Below the pieces are notes generated by a model. That model was not told the DNA's origin and ran no database searches. It saw only the letters and a program-made list of their open reading frames with translations. From an uncultured Ignavibacteriaceae bacterium (GTDB lineage Bacteria > Zixibacteria > MSB-5A5 > GN15 > PGXB01), in assembly GCA_964507455.1 (NCBI GenBank), contig CAZDPY010000001.1:280855-344854 (forward strand): DNA of 64,000 nucleotides. The letters are read 5' to 3'. Every line of letters begins with the position of its first letter. Position 1 is the stretch's first letter. A program made the translations under genes and the position numbers. Below are positions 9,556-18,749 of the stretch, in pieces.

Positions 9556-10940
9556 GCGGGACGGAATACTATATAATAGAGGTTGCACTCAAAACAACCA
9601 TAATTCTCGCGCTTGGCGGTTTGGTCGGTTCTTTTTTGCCCCGGTTTGTTACTCCGGTAAAAAATATGGTCTATAAGACTGCCCTGATATTTGTGATTTT
9701 AATTCCGCTATTGGTAGTAATCATCCCTTCCTGGTCGATTGGTAATTATGATGCCTTTTCTAATGTCTGGGAGACTGTAATATCGCCCGTTTATTTGCTT
9801 AATGATAGCGAAGATGCACTATCGAGGGAAGGTGTATTGAGCGGATGGATCATTTGGGCTGCAGCAATATGGTTTATTGGATTTATTGTCGTACTTTCAC
9901 GAATAGGGCAGGGGATTTATAGATGCAGAAACATCGTAAATAAGAGCACAGCGGCGGCTGATTCCAATTTGGATAAATTAATCATACGATTACGGAATAG
10001 ACTGAATATCAACAAAGTACCAAAAGTCGTATACTCAGAAGAAAAAATCGGACCGTTCGTGACCGGAATATTCAGCCCGGTTGTTGTACTTCCTCGATCT
10101 ATGGGAAATAGTCCAGCGCATGAAATAGAAATGGTACTCATTCATGAACTGGCACATATTAAAAGAAACGATGTTGTCTGGAACTATATCGGGTCGCTGG
10201 CGGCGGCTTTGCACTGGTACAATCCGCTGGTATGGCTGATCAGGCGAAAGACAACAGTCGAGAGCGACAAAGTGTGCGACAGCTACGTACTCGAAAGCGG
10301 TATCGGCGCGGTCGATTACGCCGAGCAGTTGATACATTTTGCTCGAAATGTAAAAAATATCCGGCCGGTTTTTCCGATCGAGGTGAGATTGGCCAGAAAA
10401 AAGCAGTTGGAGGTAAGAATTATGTCAATATTGAAAGACAGAAACAGGCTTATGCCGTTGGGAAGAAAGGGGATATTTACAGCGGCAGTTTTCGGGATTG
10501 TCATCATGATAATTCTATCCGGGATGCAACTGGGGGCGGCTGAGCCGCAGGCAAAGTCGGAAAAGTCAAAGGAACTTCCATCGGTTAATGGCGATAAACT
10601 TCCGGCCATCGACGAATTCGTGCCGGTCGATGTTATGCCTGAGATGATCAAAATGGTCGAGCCGGAATTTCCTGTAAAATCGATAAAAGACGAAGTCGAA
10701 GGAATTGTCTGGATAAAAGCCCTGGTGGACAAAGAGGGCAAGGTGCGCGATGCCCGGGTGCTAAAATCATCGGGCGTGAAGGCAATGGAAGATGCCGCTC
10801 TTGAGTCGGCGAAGAAATGCGAGTTTAAACCAGCTATGCAGGATGGCAAACCGGTCGCAACCTGGGTTGCCTATTCGGTGACTTTTGATCTTAAAGATAA
10901 ACCGGAGAAGAAAAATTCTAAGACGAAAAAGGAAAAGTAA
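9552..10940 (+). CDS. BlaR1-like M56 peptidase sensor fused to a C-terminal TonB domain
   Basis: 462 aa. N-terminal TM helices, the HExxH motif HELAHIKRND, and a C-terminal VEPEFPVKS...EGIVWIKALVDKEGKVRDARVLKSSG..FKPAMQDGKPVATWVAYSVTF, which is a TonB_C fold. Confidence 0.85.
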   Translation: MSGTEYYIIEVALKTTIILALGGLVGSFLPRFVTPVKNMVYKTALIFVILIPLLVVIIPSWSIGNYDAFSNVWETVISPVYLLNDSEDALSREGVLSGWIIWAAAIWFIGFIVVLSRIGQGIYRCRNIVNKSTAAADSNLDKLIIRLRNRLNINKVPKVVYSEEKIGPFVTGIFSPVVVLPRSMGNSPAHEIEMVLIHELAHIKRNDVVWNYIGSLAAALHWYNPLVWLIRRKTTVESDKVCDSYVLESGIGAVDYAEQLIHFARNVKNIRPVFPIEVRLARKKQLEVRIMSILKDRNRLMPLGRKGIFTAAVFGIVIMIILSGMQLGAAEPQAKSEKSKELPSVNGDKLPAIDEFVPVDVMPEMIKMVEPEFPVKSIKDEVEGIVWIKALVDKEGKVRDARVLKSSGVKAMEDAALESAKKCEFKPAMQDGKPVATWVAYSVTFDLKDKPEKKNSKTKKEK

Positions 10941-10989
10941 TCAATAGGGATAAATTTAATCAGGATAGATGAAGAAAAAAAGTTAGAAT

Positions 10990-11018
10990 AACCGCCGGAA
11001 TAAGGCATTCCGGCGGTT
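10990..11018. terminator. bidirectional hairpin between convergent genes
   Basis: AACCGCCGGAAT-AAGGC-ATTCCGGCGGTT, a 12-bp perfect stem. The T-runs are weak or offset on both strands. Confidence 0.55.
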
Positions 11019-11087
11019 ATTGCGCGCAAGAAAAACATAGGGTCGGATTCATCCTGCGGATTTATGGAAGACCGCAATATCCTGACA

Positions 11088-13010
11088 CTATTTTAAAAGA
11101 GTCATCTTTCTTGTTTCGGTAAATTCACCGGCCCTCAGACGGTAGAAATAAACACCGCTGGCATACGATGAGCCATCCCATTCAATTGAATATTCACCGG
11201 CCTCGCGGAGATCATTAATTAATGTTTCAACTTTTTGTCCCATAATGTTATAAATTTCCAAAGATACATTGCAGGCGTCGGATAGACTAAAGTTGATATT
11301 AGTCACCGGATTGAACGGGTTGGGGTGGTTCTGGCTGAGGGTGAACTGCTCCGGTAGGAGATTACTTTCGCCTCCATTCATTGCTTCAAGATAAACCGCA
11401 TTAGCAGTTTCATCTGAAGCCAGAGCATGAGATATTGTAACTTCGCCATCAATTTCGAGAATTACCCTTTCACCTGAAGGTATCAGAGCCTTCCCGGTCG
11501 GATCAACAATACCGGCCTTGATCGATTTTTCATTCTGGCTGAAAAATAATCCCGGTCCATCGCACTTATTGGTTATTTCAACAGTCTTGCCATAACTGGA
11601 GAGTAGCTCGAGTTCAATGCCCATAAGATCTACAGGTGAAGAAATAGAAATGAATGTTTTTGTGTCAGTGTATTTAGTATAAACATAACCATGCAACTTC
11701 GCCGGTGATATTTTCGGTAATCCACCCACAACACAACCAGATACAGGATTGGGACCACCTCTATATAGGTAGTTTATTAGATATGTAATATCCAAAAGTT
11801 GAATATAGCAATCACCATTGGGATCTGCTGCGTCCAAACAGGGAATATCTTCCTCAGTACAGTCCTGATAAAGAATGCATATTAAAGTCGTTATATCGAT
11901 AATATTTACTGAACCGCTTCCATTGACATCACCGGGAATGAAGTTATCCGCAGATAAAGTGTCGAATTGAATTTGCGGTTCAAATTCGAAAGGAGGAGAA
12001 GTATTGGCAGAAAAAGCCAGGTGGTAAGAAGGATCTGCTGATAGTGTTGTGTCGATAATCAAATCGAAATCACAGCTTGCATCCGATGGATTTTTTAATT
12101 CAAAAATGAGATCTATAATTGCATTATCATATCCTGATGTTATCGGATTCATACCAGTCGGATCTATAAATCCTAAGACGACTTGATTTTGGCTGAATAT
12201 TGTATCATTTCCAGTCCAACCATCACAAGCGGTCTCTGATAATGCATAGTCTTTATATGTCAATTTGGCATTATCAAAAAGTATGGGAAGGTTGAAACCA
12301 TTAACCGGCATATTACAGTTTAATTTTATGGGGACCATTATCTCATTAGAGTTCGCAATATGTTCATCGATATACAATGAATTTATATCCTCAGATAGGC
12401 ATACCCTTTCATATTTAACAGTGCCATAAACCTGTAAACCCAGATTGGTTTGTCCTCCGAAAAATTCGTCCTGAAAAGACGTTATATAATGCTCATTTAT
12501 AAATAAATGGTAATCATCAGCTATTTTCATCAGTCTTGCGTGATTTACGGAGCCCACTTCCGCGTTAAATATTCCTGACGGATCTTCATCTCTGTAAATA
12601 TCATGAGGTATGAGATCTACATATGCAATTATATGGATTTCGTTCAGTTCTGGATTAAAGCCCGCGTAATATTTATTGCCAAAGGAATTATATAGGATAA
12701 TATGAAATCCGTTTGCGACCTGTCCGAAAGTTTGGACGATACCCACAGTTTCAATAGTGAAATCACAGTCTGGTTGAAGGGTGTCATTTATGATAATATT
12801 CCCGACATTACCATTTGCCTGTGATGCCGGCCATTCGCCTACCAGAGTCCCATTATCAATATACCAATCTCCTGTCTCGATTGTCCAGTTATCCATACCA
12901 TCGTCGAATTCATCGCAAAAATCGCAGAAAGCGGTGTTTGCCGTAACGTTAAAAATAAATATTGCCGATATCAAGGCAATCGTTAGTGAATATCTTAATG
13001 CTCTACTCAT
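11088..13010 (-). CDS. secreted protein with dockerin-like repeats and T9SS (Por) C-terminal sorting domain
   Basis: 640 aa with a signal peptide. Dockerin-type Ca-binding repeats GDVNGSGSVNIIDITTLICILY and ADPNGDCYIQLLDITYLINYLY. The C-terminus LSQNHPNPFNP...YFYRLRAGEFTETRKMTLLK is a Por_Secre_tail-type CTD. Confidence 0.8.
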   Translation of the reverse strand: MSRALRYSLTIALISAIFIFNVTANTAFCDFCDEFDDGMDNWTIETGDWYIDNGTLVGEWPASQANGNVGNIIINDTLQPDCDFTIETVGIVQTFGQVANGFHIILYNSFGNKYYAGFNPELNEIHIIAYVDLIPHDIYRDEDPSGIFNAEVGSVNHARLMKIADDYHLFINEHYITSFQDEFFGGQTNLGLQVYGTVKYERVCLSEDINSLYIDEHIANSNEIMVPIKLNCNMPVNGFNLPILFDNAKLTYKDYALSETACDGWTGNDTIFSQNQVVLGFIDPTGMNPITSGYDNAIIDLIFELKNPSDASCDFDLIIDTTLSADPSYHLAFSANTSPPFEFEPQIQFDTLSADNFIPGDVNGSGSVNIIDITTLICILYQDCTEEDIPCLDAADPNGDCYIQLLDITYLINYLYRGGPNPVSGCVVGGLPKISPAKLHGYVYTKYTDTKTFISISSPVDLMGIELELLSSYGKTVEITNKCDGPGLFFSQNEKSIKAGIVDPTGKALIPSGERVILEIDGEVTISHALASDETANAVYLEAMNGGESNLLPEQFTLSQNHPNPFNPVTNINFSLSDACNVSLEIYNIMGQKVETLINDLREAGEYSIEWDGSSYASGVYFYRLRAGEFTETRKMTLLK

Positions 13011-13297
13011 TTTTCACTCCTGTTTTTTTACTCTTTACCGTTTAATTCATGTAGAAAGAAATTAGTCAGCCCCGATTGACGAGAAATTGATTTAAGGTGC
13101 CTTCATAGTCTCTCCTATAATAAAAATGTTTAGGGGTAAGAAAGTGTCCCTTTGGTCCCATTTTGATTTTTAAAGTGGGCCTGCGGATGAGCACAGAATC
13201 CGCAGACCCCTGGTTCCTGATTGTGCAATCAGGCTTATATTCAGGTTAATGGTCGAGAAGTTCCCCCCTCGATCAGTAAATAGTCACTATCTGTATA

Positions 13298-13313
13298 TGC
13301 AATGAGTATGCCG
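13298..13313 (-). promoter_or_regulatory. sigma-54 (-24/-12) promoter
   Basis: The minus strand reads CGGCATACTCATTGCAT. GGCA-N7-TTGCA has the exact consensus spacing of TGGCAC-N5-TTGCW. It lies upstream of the 11088-13010 gene and next to a sigma-54-dependent activator gene. Confidence 0.65.
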
Positions 13314-13391
13314 CTTTTGAATGAAGCTGCGGAGGTTTTGTAAATGATTGAATATCATGCCGATAGAAGGACGCCGATGAACTCGACCAAA

Positions 13392-13426
13392 GGTTGATAT
13401 TCGACAATTGTCAACTTCGGTTGATA
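13392..13426. promoter_or_regulatory. candidate enhancer (UAS) for the NtrC-type activator
   Basis: GGTTGATA (13392-13399), palindrome GACAATTGTC (13403-13412), GGTTGATA (13419-13426). It lies about 90-110 bp upstream of the -24 element, the usual bEBP distance. Confidence 0.4.
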
Positions 13427-13498
13427 ATGCGGCGTGAAAAAAGTCGACAAGTTTACAGCTTAGTAGAGGGCACTATTGTACCCAAACTATATTAGGTA

Positions 13499-14839
13499 CT
13501 AGTCTATCTTTATGCCCAATTGCTTGATTTTCTTATAGAGGGTGGTGCGTTCAAGGTCAAGAATCTCTGCAGCTGCCGCGACATTATTATCAGTTTCCCT
13601 GAGCGCTTCCAATATCAAAGCCCGCTGGTACGATGCGATCCGCTGTTTATAACCGGATTCAAATGATTCACTACTGCTGTTTATTACGCAATTAACATCG
13701 TCATCGATTACAAGCGAACTTTCACAATTTCGGACCAGTTCTTCGACGACATTTTTTAGCTGACGAACATTGCCAGGCCAGCTGCACGAACGAAGCACAT
13801 CCACCGCTGAAGAATCGAATTTTTTATATGGAAGGTTTTCATCCTTTATTACGCGGTCGGCGAACTTCGCAGCCAGTTTTTCTATATCTTCGATTTTTTC
13901 ACGGAGGGCCGGCAGCCTGATAATATTTGAATTTATCCGGTAATAAAGATCTTCTCGGAAACGATCAACTTCTATTAATTTATCCAGGTCCTTATTGGTG
14001 GCGCAGATCACCCTGAAATCGGAGCTCCGCTCGGCCGGATCACCGATTTTATTGTATTTGCCGTACTCTATCACACGGAGGAGCTTCGCCTGCGTGGTAA
14101 TATCCAGATCACCGATTTCATCGAGAAAAAGGGTCCCACCGTCGCAATATTCCACTACACCCATTCGATCCCCGGCGCTCGAAAAAGCCTCTTTATTATG
14201 ACCGAACAGCTCCGATTCAATATGCCCGGGATCCTTATGGTTGCAGTTTAGAATTCCCATTACTTTTCTTTTGCTCAGCTTGTGAATAGCCCTTGCAACA
14301 AGCTCTTTGCCGGTCCCGGTTTCACCCAGAATAAGAACCGGACTTCTGTTTTGAGCGGCTTTCTTGATTTTGCGGAAAACATCCAGCATGGCCGGTGAAC
14401 TGCCGATTATCTCGAACGAAATCTCGGCCTCGCGGACCAGATCAGTTTGATTGTTACGCGCCAGCCAGCTGTTAACTGCATTTCTGACCGAACGTTCGAG
14501 CCTGAATAAGCTGCCGCCCTTTTCGATATAATCGAATGGATTTTCCGAGGCATCGATTTCTTCCTCCTCGTACTCCCCGGGGTAGGCGGTATGAAAAATC
14601 AAAGGGATATCGGGGGCGATTTTACGAATCTCCCGCCCGGCTGAGATACCATCCTTTTCCGGCATCTTAATATCCATAACAATCGCCGAGATATTTGAAT
14701 CGGCATTGATCGCTTCAATGGCGGAGTCAGCCGATAGAGCTTTGATCACCTCGTAGTCATCAAAGAATATATCCTCGAGCGTGTCGAGAATCTGCGGTTC
14801 ATCGTCGACAATTAAAATTTTCGGTTTTTCTGAAGCCAC
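13499..14839 (-). CDS. sigma-54-dependent response regulator (NtrC family)
   Basis: 446 aa. REC domain (ILIVDDEP..DIKMPEKDG), AAA+ domain (GETGTGKE, ESELFGH) and a C-terminal Fis-type HTH (AAEILDLERTTLYKKIKQLGI). Confidence 0.92.
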   Translation of the reverse strand: MASEKPKILIVDDEPQILDTLEDIFFDDYEVIKALSADSAIEAINADSNISAIVMDIKMPEKDGISAGREIRKIAPDIPLIFHTAYPGEYEEEEIDASENPFDYIEKGGSLFRLERSVRNAVNSWLARNNQTDLVREAEISFEIIGSSPAMLDVFRKIKKAAQNRSPVLILGETGTGKELVARAIHKLSKRKVMGILNCNHKDPGHIESELFGHNKEAFSSAGDRMGVVEYCDGGTLFLDEIGDLDITTQAKLLRVIEYGKYNKIGDPAERSSDFRVICATNKDLDKLIEVDRFREDLYYRINSNIIRLPALREKIEDIEKLAAKFADRVIKDENLPYKKFDSSAVDVLRSCSWPGNVRQLKNVVEELVRNCESSLVIDDDVNCVINSSSESFESGYKQRIASYQRALILEALRETDNNVAAAAEILDLERTTLYKKIKQLGIKID

Positions 14840-14862
14840 AATTCAAATTCAAAAGAAGTCAC

Positions 14863-15621
14863 TCAACGGCAGTTCTCTAGATTAATCTCAAAAGTTGTAC
14901 CCTTACCCATTTTACTTTCTACCGCGATAGTTCCATCGTATAATTCAATAATCCTTTTCGTCATCGACAAACCCAGACCTATTCCGGTGTCCGGTTTCGT
15001 CGAATAAAATGCGTCGAAAATGCGATTAAGATTTTCCTCCGGAATTCCCGAACCATTATCAGAAAAGACGATTGTGGAGAATTCCGTACCTGATTTACAG
15101 GAAATCAATATACACCCGGAAACATTACCAGTCAAGGCATTCAGGCTGTTTAACAAAAGATTGGCAAAGACCATTTCGAGCTGGTTGCGGTTGGCCCGGA
15201 CACATGTTTGATCATCAATTTGAATATCAATTTTGACATTTTGTTCATCGATTTTGTTTTTGTATGCTTCCAGTACAGCTTCGACCGTTTCCCGAAGAAT
15301 TACGTCTTCGGTCTTTTTTATACTATCCAGTTTTGTAAATTCGGATATGAGCTTGGTTATCTCAATAGCCTTTTTAACCGATTGTGAGGCATTTTCGCCG
15401 AACCGGGAAAGTTTCTGCGAGTCGATTTCATCCCGGTTTTTCATCCGCCGAATCATGGTCAAAGAGCCTTCGGCAGGAAGGAGAGCATTTTTTATTTCAT
15501 GAGCAAAACCGCCGGCAATATCTTTGGCCTGTTTATATTTTTCGGCGGCAATGAGCTGCTCCTGGGTATCCCGGAGTTTTTTTAGAGTTTTGTCTAGTTT
15601 GTCTCTTTGAGTTGAAATCAC
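14863..15621 (-). CDS. histidine kinase catalytic core (HisKA + HATPase_c) without its own sensor or TM
   Basis: 252 aa, GTG start. H-box GGFAHEIKNAL, N-box NLLLNSLNAL, G-boxes DNGSGI and GIGLGLS. Confidence 0.88.
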   Translation of the reverse strand: MISTQRDKLDKTLKKLRDTQEQLIAAEKYKQAKDIAGGFAHEIKNALLPAEGSLTMIRRMKNRDEIDSQKLSRFGENASQSVKKAIEITKLISEFTKLDSIKKTEDVILRETVEAVLEAYKNKIDEQNVKIDIQIDDQTCVRANRNQLEMVFANLLLNSLNALTGNVSGCILISCKSGTEFSTIVFSDNGSGIPEENLNRIFDAFYSTKPDTGIGLGLSMTKRIIELYDGTIAVESKMGKGTTFEINLENCR

Positions 15622-16055
15622 CCGATTTTTTTTCTCATGCGGAGGAAAAAGAAAAATATAAGAAGAGCAATTATAAGCATCGGGACAAACGCGGTCAGGG
15701 CGGCCAGGATCGGATACCGGAAGAAAATGGTATACCAGGGGGTTTTCTCGATGGCCAGGTTGTAAGAATAATCGGGAGTATTAAATATTATATTCTGTTT
15801 TCCATCAATTTCCTTTGAATTGTATAGCTGTACCGGGCCTCTCTCCGGAAACAATGCAAGCGGATTGAAATTATAATCGACCAGAATTATTTTGGAATTA
15901 CTCGTCTCGAGAAGCATCTGTTTTTCATCGGTACCGATTAAGTTGCCGATTTGTGTTGGAAAAACTCTGCTCTCAGTCTTTATTTTCCTCAATATGTTTA
16001 GATTATCATCATAAACTTCAATAGTATTGTCGCTTAGAGATATATAATGCTCCAT
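15618..16055 (-). CDS. hypothetical protein with C-terminal TM helix (possible sensor segment of the kinase)
   Basis: 145 aa ending in YPILAALTAFVPMLIIALLIFFFFLRMRKKIG. There is a GTGA overlap with the kinase start and a TAATG overlap with the upstream ORF. Confidence 0.55.
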   Translation of the reverse strand: MEHYISLSDNTIEVYDDNLNILRKIKTESRVFPTQIGNLIGTDEKQMLLETSNSKIILVDYNFNPLALFPERGPVQLYNSKEIDGKQNIIFNTPDYSYNLAIEKTPWYTIFFRYPILAALTAFVPMLIIALLIFFFFLRMRKKIG

Positions 16056-17161
16056 TAGGCCGTCATCGTGGAATCGAATGATATCGCCCTTTTTGCGGTT
16101 CTTTCAGGACCGAGGTCAATTGAATCAAGCGTCGCTCCAGACAAATCATACAGTATCAGGGCACCCGCAATGATTTCCTGGCCCTGATCGAACACCGAAT
16201 ATACTTTACTGGCCAATAATGCCGGTATATCTTTTTCGCCATAATATAGTTTGGCTATATAGCTTCCCTGGAATGCTCCACCCATTTCTCTGTACCATTT
16301 CATTTCACCCCGGGCGTTAAGACAGATTATATAGGCATGTTTGTCGTCCATGGTGGCCGTGAAAGCTTCATTTGCCTTAGAATGTATTGGATAAATAATG
16401 AATATCGAATCAGGATTTTCTTCCGATAGTTCAAAAATTAGCGGTGCCCCGGCGTTGCCGGCGATTTTGTACTGCCAGAGTATCGTATCATTGGTGTGGT
16501 CTATGCAGAATAATTCCCGGGGATATAAATCGTATCCCGCTTCGGCATGCATCATTATTTCAGGATTGCCGTCACGATTGAAATCGTACAGAGTATCTAA
16601 AATTCCGAAACCATCCCATTTACCATCATTATCCCTGTCTTTTCCGACAGTTATTAATCTCCTGTATCTAAAATCGCTTTGAGGACAAAACGCCTCCAAC
16701 CAGAGAGTATCTCCGATTGTATATGTGACAACAAAGTCCGTCAGCTCATCATTAGTTATATCCCCGATAAAATGATTGAAAATGTAATCACATTTGATAT
16801 TTTTATGAGATATTACTTCGTCCATTCGATAGACTTTGCTAAAGAGAATTGATGTAATATTATCATATCTTACCAAGTTATTTTGTATCTCATAAAACTC
16901 GGTGGTGCCATCACCCTCCAAATCAATTGCGCCCGATCTCTCAGGTTTTTTATGATCGCGCTTGTCTTTCTCGATGAATCTATACGGAAGTATGGCAGGA
17001 TCGGGGTTGTTTTCGAGAATAATATACCCTTCGGAGTCAGTACGGGAACGGCACGATGAAATCGTCATTCCCGTGACAATCAGAAGCAGGGCTGTAAATA
17101 TTAACTGTCTGTACATTCCCCAGAAACACAATAGATGAATATCGATATTCCAAATATACAT
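16055..17161 (-). CDS. extracytoplasmic protein with FG-GAP/Ca-binding-like motifs (possible periplasmic sensor)
   Basis: 368 aa. N-terminal hydrophobic segment LIFTALLLIVTGMTISSC (Met-16 at 17116 is an alternative start). Motifs DLEGDGTTEF, DRDNDGKWD and NRDGNPE. Confidence 0.55.
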   Translation of the reverse strand: MYIWNIDIHLLCFWGMYRQLIFTALLLIVTGMTISSCRSRTDSEGYIILENNPDPAILPYRFIEKDKRDHKKPERSGAIDLEGDGTTEFYEIQNNLVRYDNITSILFSKVYRMDEVISHKNIKCDYIFNHFIGDITNDELTDFVVTYTIGDTLWLEAFCPQSDFRYRRLITVGKDRDNDGKWDGFGILDTLYDFNRDGNPEIMMHAEAGYDLYPRELFCIDHTNDTILWQYKIAGNAGAPLIFELSEENPDSIFIIYPIHSKANEAFTATMDDKHAYIICLNARGEMKWYREMGGAFQGSYIAKLYYGEKDIPALLASKVYSVFDQGQEIIAGALILYDLSGATLDSIDLGPERTAKRAISFDSTMTA

Positions 17162-17233
17162 AATTATTCGAAAAAAACCAGATGGAACATCACGGCAAAT
17201 ATCGCCGTTTTACAATAAAAGGAGGATTTTTAG

Positions 17234-17734
17234 ATGATAAATAAAAACAGAAAAATTAAACCGGGACCGGGGCAGGAATCAGTCTGGGATTATCCCCGCC
17301 CACCCAAACTGGAAAAATCAGACAGTCAGATAAAGGTCATATTCAATGGCGAGACGATAGCCGAAACCAGAGGAGCTTATCGTGTGCTCGAAACCAGCCA
17401 TCCGCCGGTATATTATATTCCACAGGAAGATATTAAAGAGGGTGTTCTCGAGCCGACTTCGAAAACGACTTTCTGTGAGTGGAAAGGAATCGCCAAATAT
17501 TTCACCGTTCAAGTGGGAGAAAAATCATCCGGGAATGCCGCCTGGACCTACCGCGATCCGACCGAGGACTTCAGAAGAATAAAGGATTATATTGCATTTT
17601 ATCCTGACAAAATGGATGCCTGCTATGTTGACGGCGAAGAGGTAAAAGCGCAGGAAGGTTCTTTTTATGGTGGGTGGATAACAAATGATATTGTCGGGCC
17701 TTTTAAGGGCGAACGTGGAACAGAAAACTGGTAA
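17234..17734 (+). CDS. DUF427-domain protein
   Basis: 166 aa. WDYPRPP...VIFNGETIAET..VLETSHPPVYYIP..CEWKGIAKYF..AWTYRDP...IAFYP matches the DUF427 pattern as I recall it. Confidence 0.7.
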   Translation: MINKNRKIKPGPGQESVWDYPRPPKLEKSDSQIKVIFNGETIAETRGAYRVLETSHPPVYYIPQEDIKEGVLEPTSKTTFCEWKGIAKYFTVQVGEKSSGNAAWTYRDPTEDFRRIKDYIAFYPDKMDACYVDGEEVKAQEGSFYGGWITNDIVGPFKGERGTENW

Positions 17735-17756
17735 GTTTTTGATATTTAATCTTTTC

Positions 17757-17798
17757 AATAAAAAAAGGCGGCCCTAAATCGGCCGCCTTTTGTTTTTT
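17757..17798. terminator. bidirectional rho-independent terminator
   Basis: AAAGGCGGCC-CTAAATC-GGCCGCCTTT, a 10-bp stem, flanked by an A-run upstream and a T-run downstream. It sits between convergent genes. Confidence 0.85.
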
Positions 17799-17819
17799 AG
17801 TAATTCTATCTGAAAATTA

Positions 17820-18713
17820 TTATTCTTCAGGAATCCACTCATTAATTACCTCAGGATGATTATTCATCCACTCGGTGGCAACTTCACGAGGCGATTTCTT
17901 GTCGGCGTCGGCAATTTGGCCCATCAAATCACCGAGCGTCTGGTCAGTCATATGGAAGTTGGTCAGGAAATCGGCCACCATTGGCATATCTTCGTGGATA
18001 CCTTTACGGGCAACGCAGTGGGTATTTTCGACCGCGCCGTATTCCTTTTCGGGATCGGCCAGGAATTTAAGATCCCAGCGGGCGAATTTCCAATGAGGTT
18101 TCCAGCCGGTAACAACTATCCATTCGTTTTTGTTAATGGCATTTTTCAGCTGTGCTGTCATAGCCGGGCCGCTTGATGAAACGAGTTCGAAATCGAGGTC
18201 ATATGTTTCGATAGCCCTGTTGGTTGCCTTCATGATACCGGCACCGGCATCGATACCGATAATTTTGCCGTCGAACTGTTCTTTTTGTTCGTTCATCTGC
18301 GTAATCGAGTCAATTGTCACATAGGCAGGTACAACCAGTCCGATCCGTGCACCCTCATAGGTATGTCCCAAGTCTATCATCTGATGCCCGTATTCCTCCA
18401 TGTATGAAGCATGGGTAACGGGAAGCCAGGCGTCGAGAAAAGCGTCATTATCGCCTTTTGCAATCGAAGTATAAACGGGACCAACATCGGCGACCTGAGT
18501 CTCGACCGTGTAGCCCATTTTGTTTTCGAGGATTGCTGCGGCCAGATTGGTCATGGCGATTCCTTCAGCCCAGTTAACGTAAACCAGCTTAACTGTCGGT
18601 TTTTCTTCGGCCTGTTGACCACATCCAATCATAAAAAGTATGGATGCTGTTAAGACCAGAATTAATCCGCTCTTAAGAAGTTTCGGGATTGAGATATTCA
18701 TTCTCCCCTCCAT
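17820..18713 (-). CDS. proX: glycine betaine/proline betaine ABC transporter substrate-binding lipoprotein
   Basis: 297 aa with lipobox LFMIGC. Domain pattern VYVNWAEGIAMTNL...GWKPHWKF of OpuAC-type binding proteins. Confidence 0.85.
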   Translation of the reverse strand: MEGRMNISIPKLLKSGLILVLTASILFMIGCGQQAEEKPTVKLVYVNWAEGIAMTNLAAAILENKMGYTVETQVADVGPVYTSIAKGDNDAFLDAWLPVTHASYMEEYGHQMIDLGHTYEGARIGLVVPAYVTIDSITQMNEQKEQFDGKIIGIDAGAGIMKATNRAIETYDLDFELVSSSGPAMTAQLKNAINKNEWIVVTGWKPHWKFARWDLKFLADPEKEYGAVENTHCVARKGIHEDMPMVADFLTNFHMTDQTLGDLMGQIADADKKSPREVATEWMNNHPEVINEWIPEE

Positions 18714-18749
18714 AAAAAAGTTACCATAATAAATTAGTTTATTAATATT

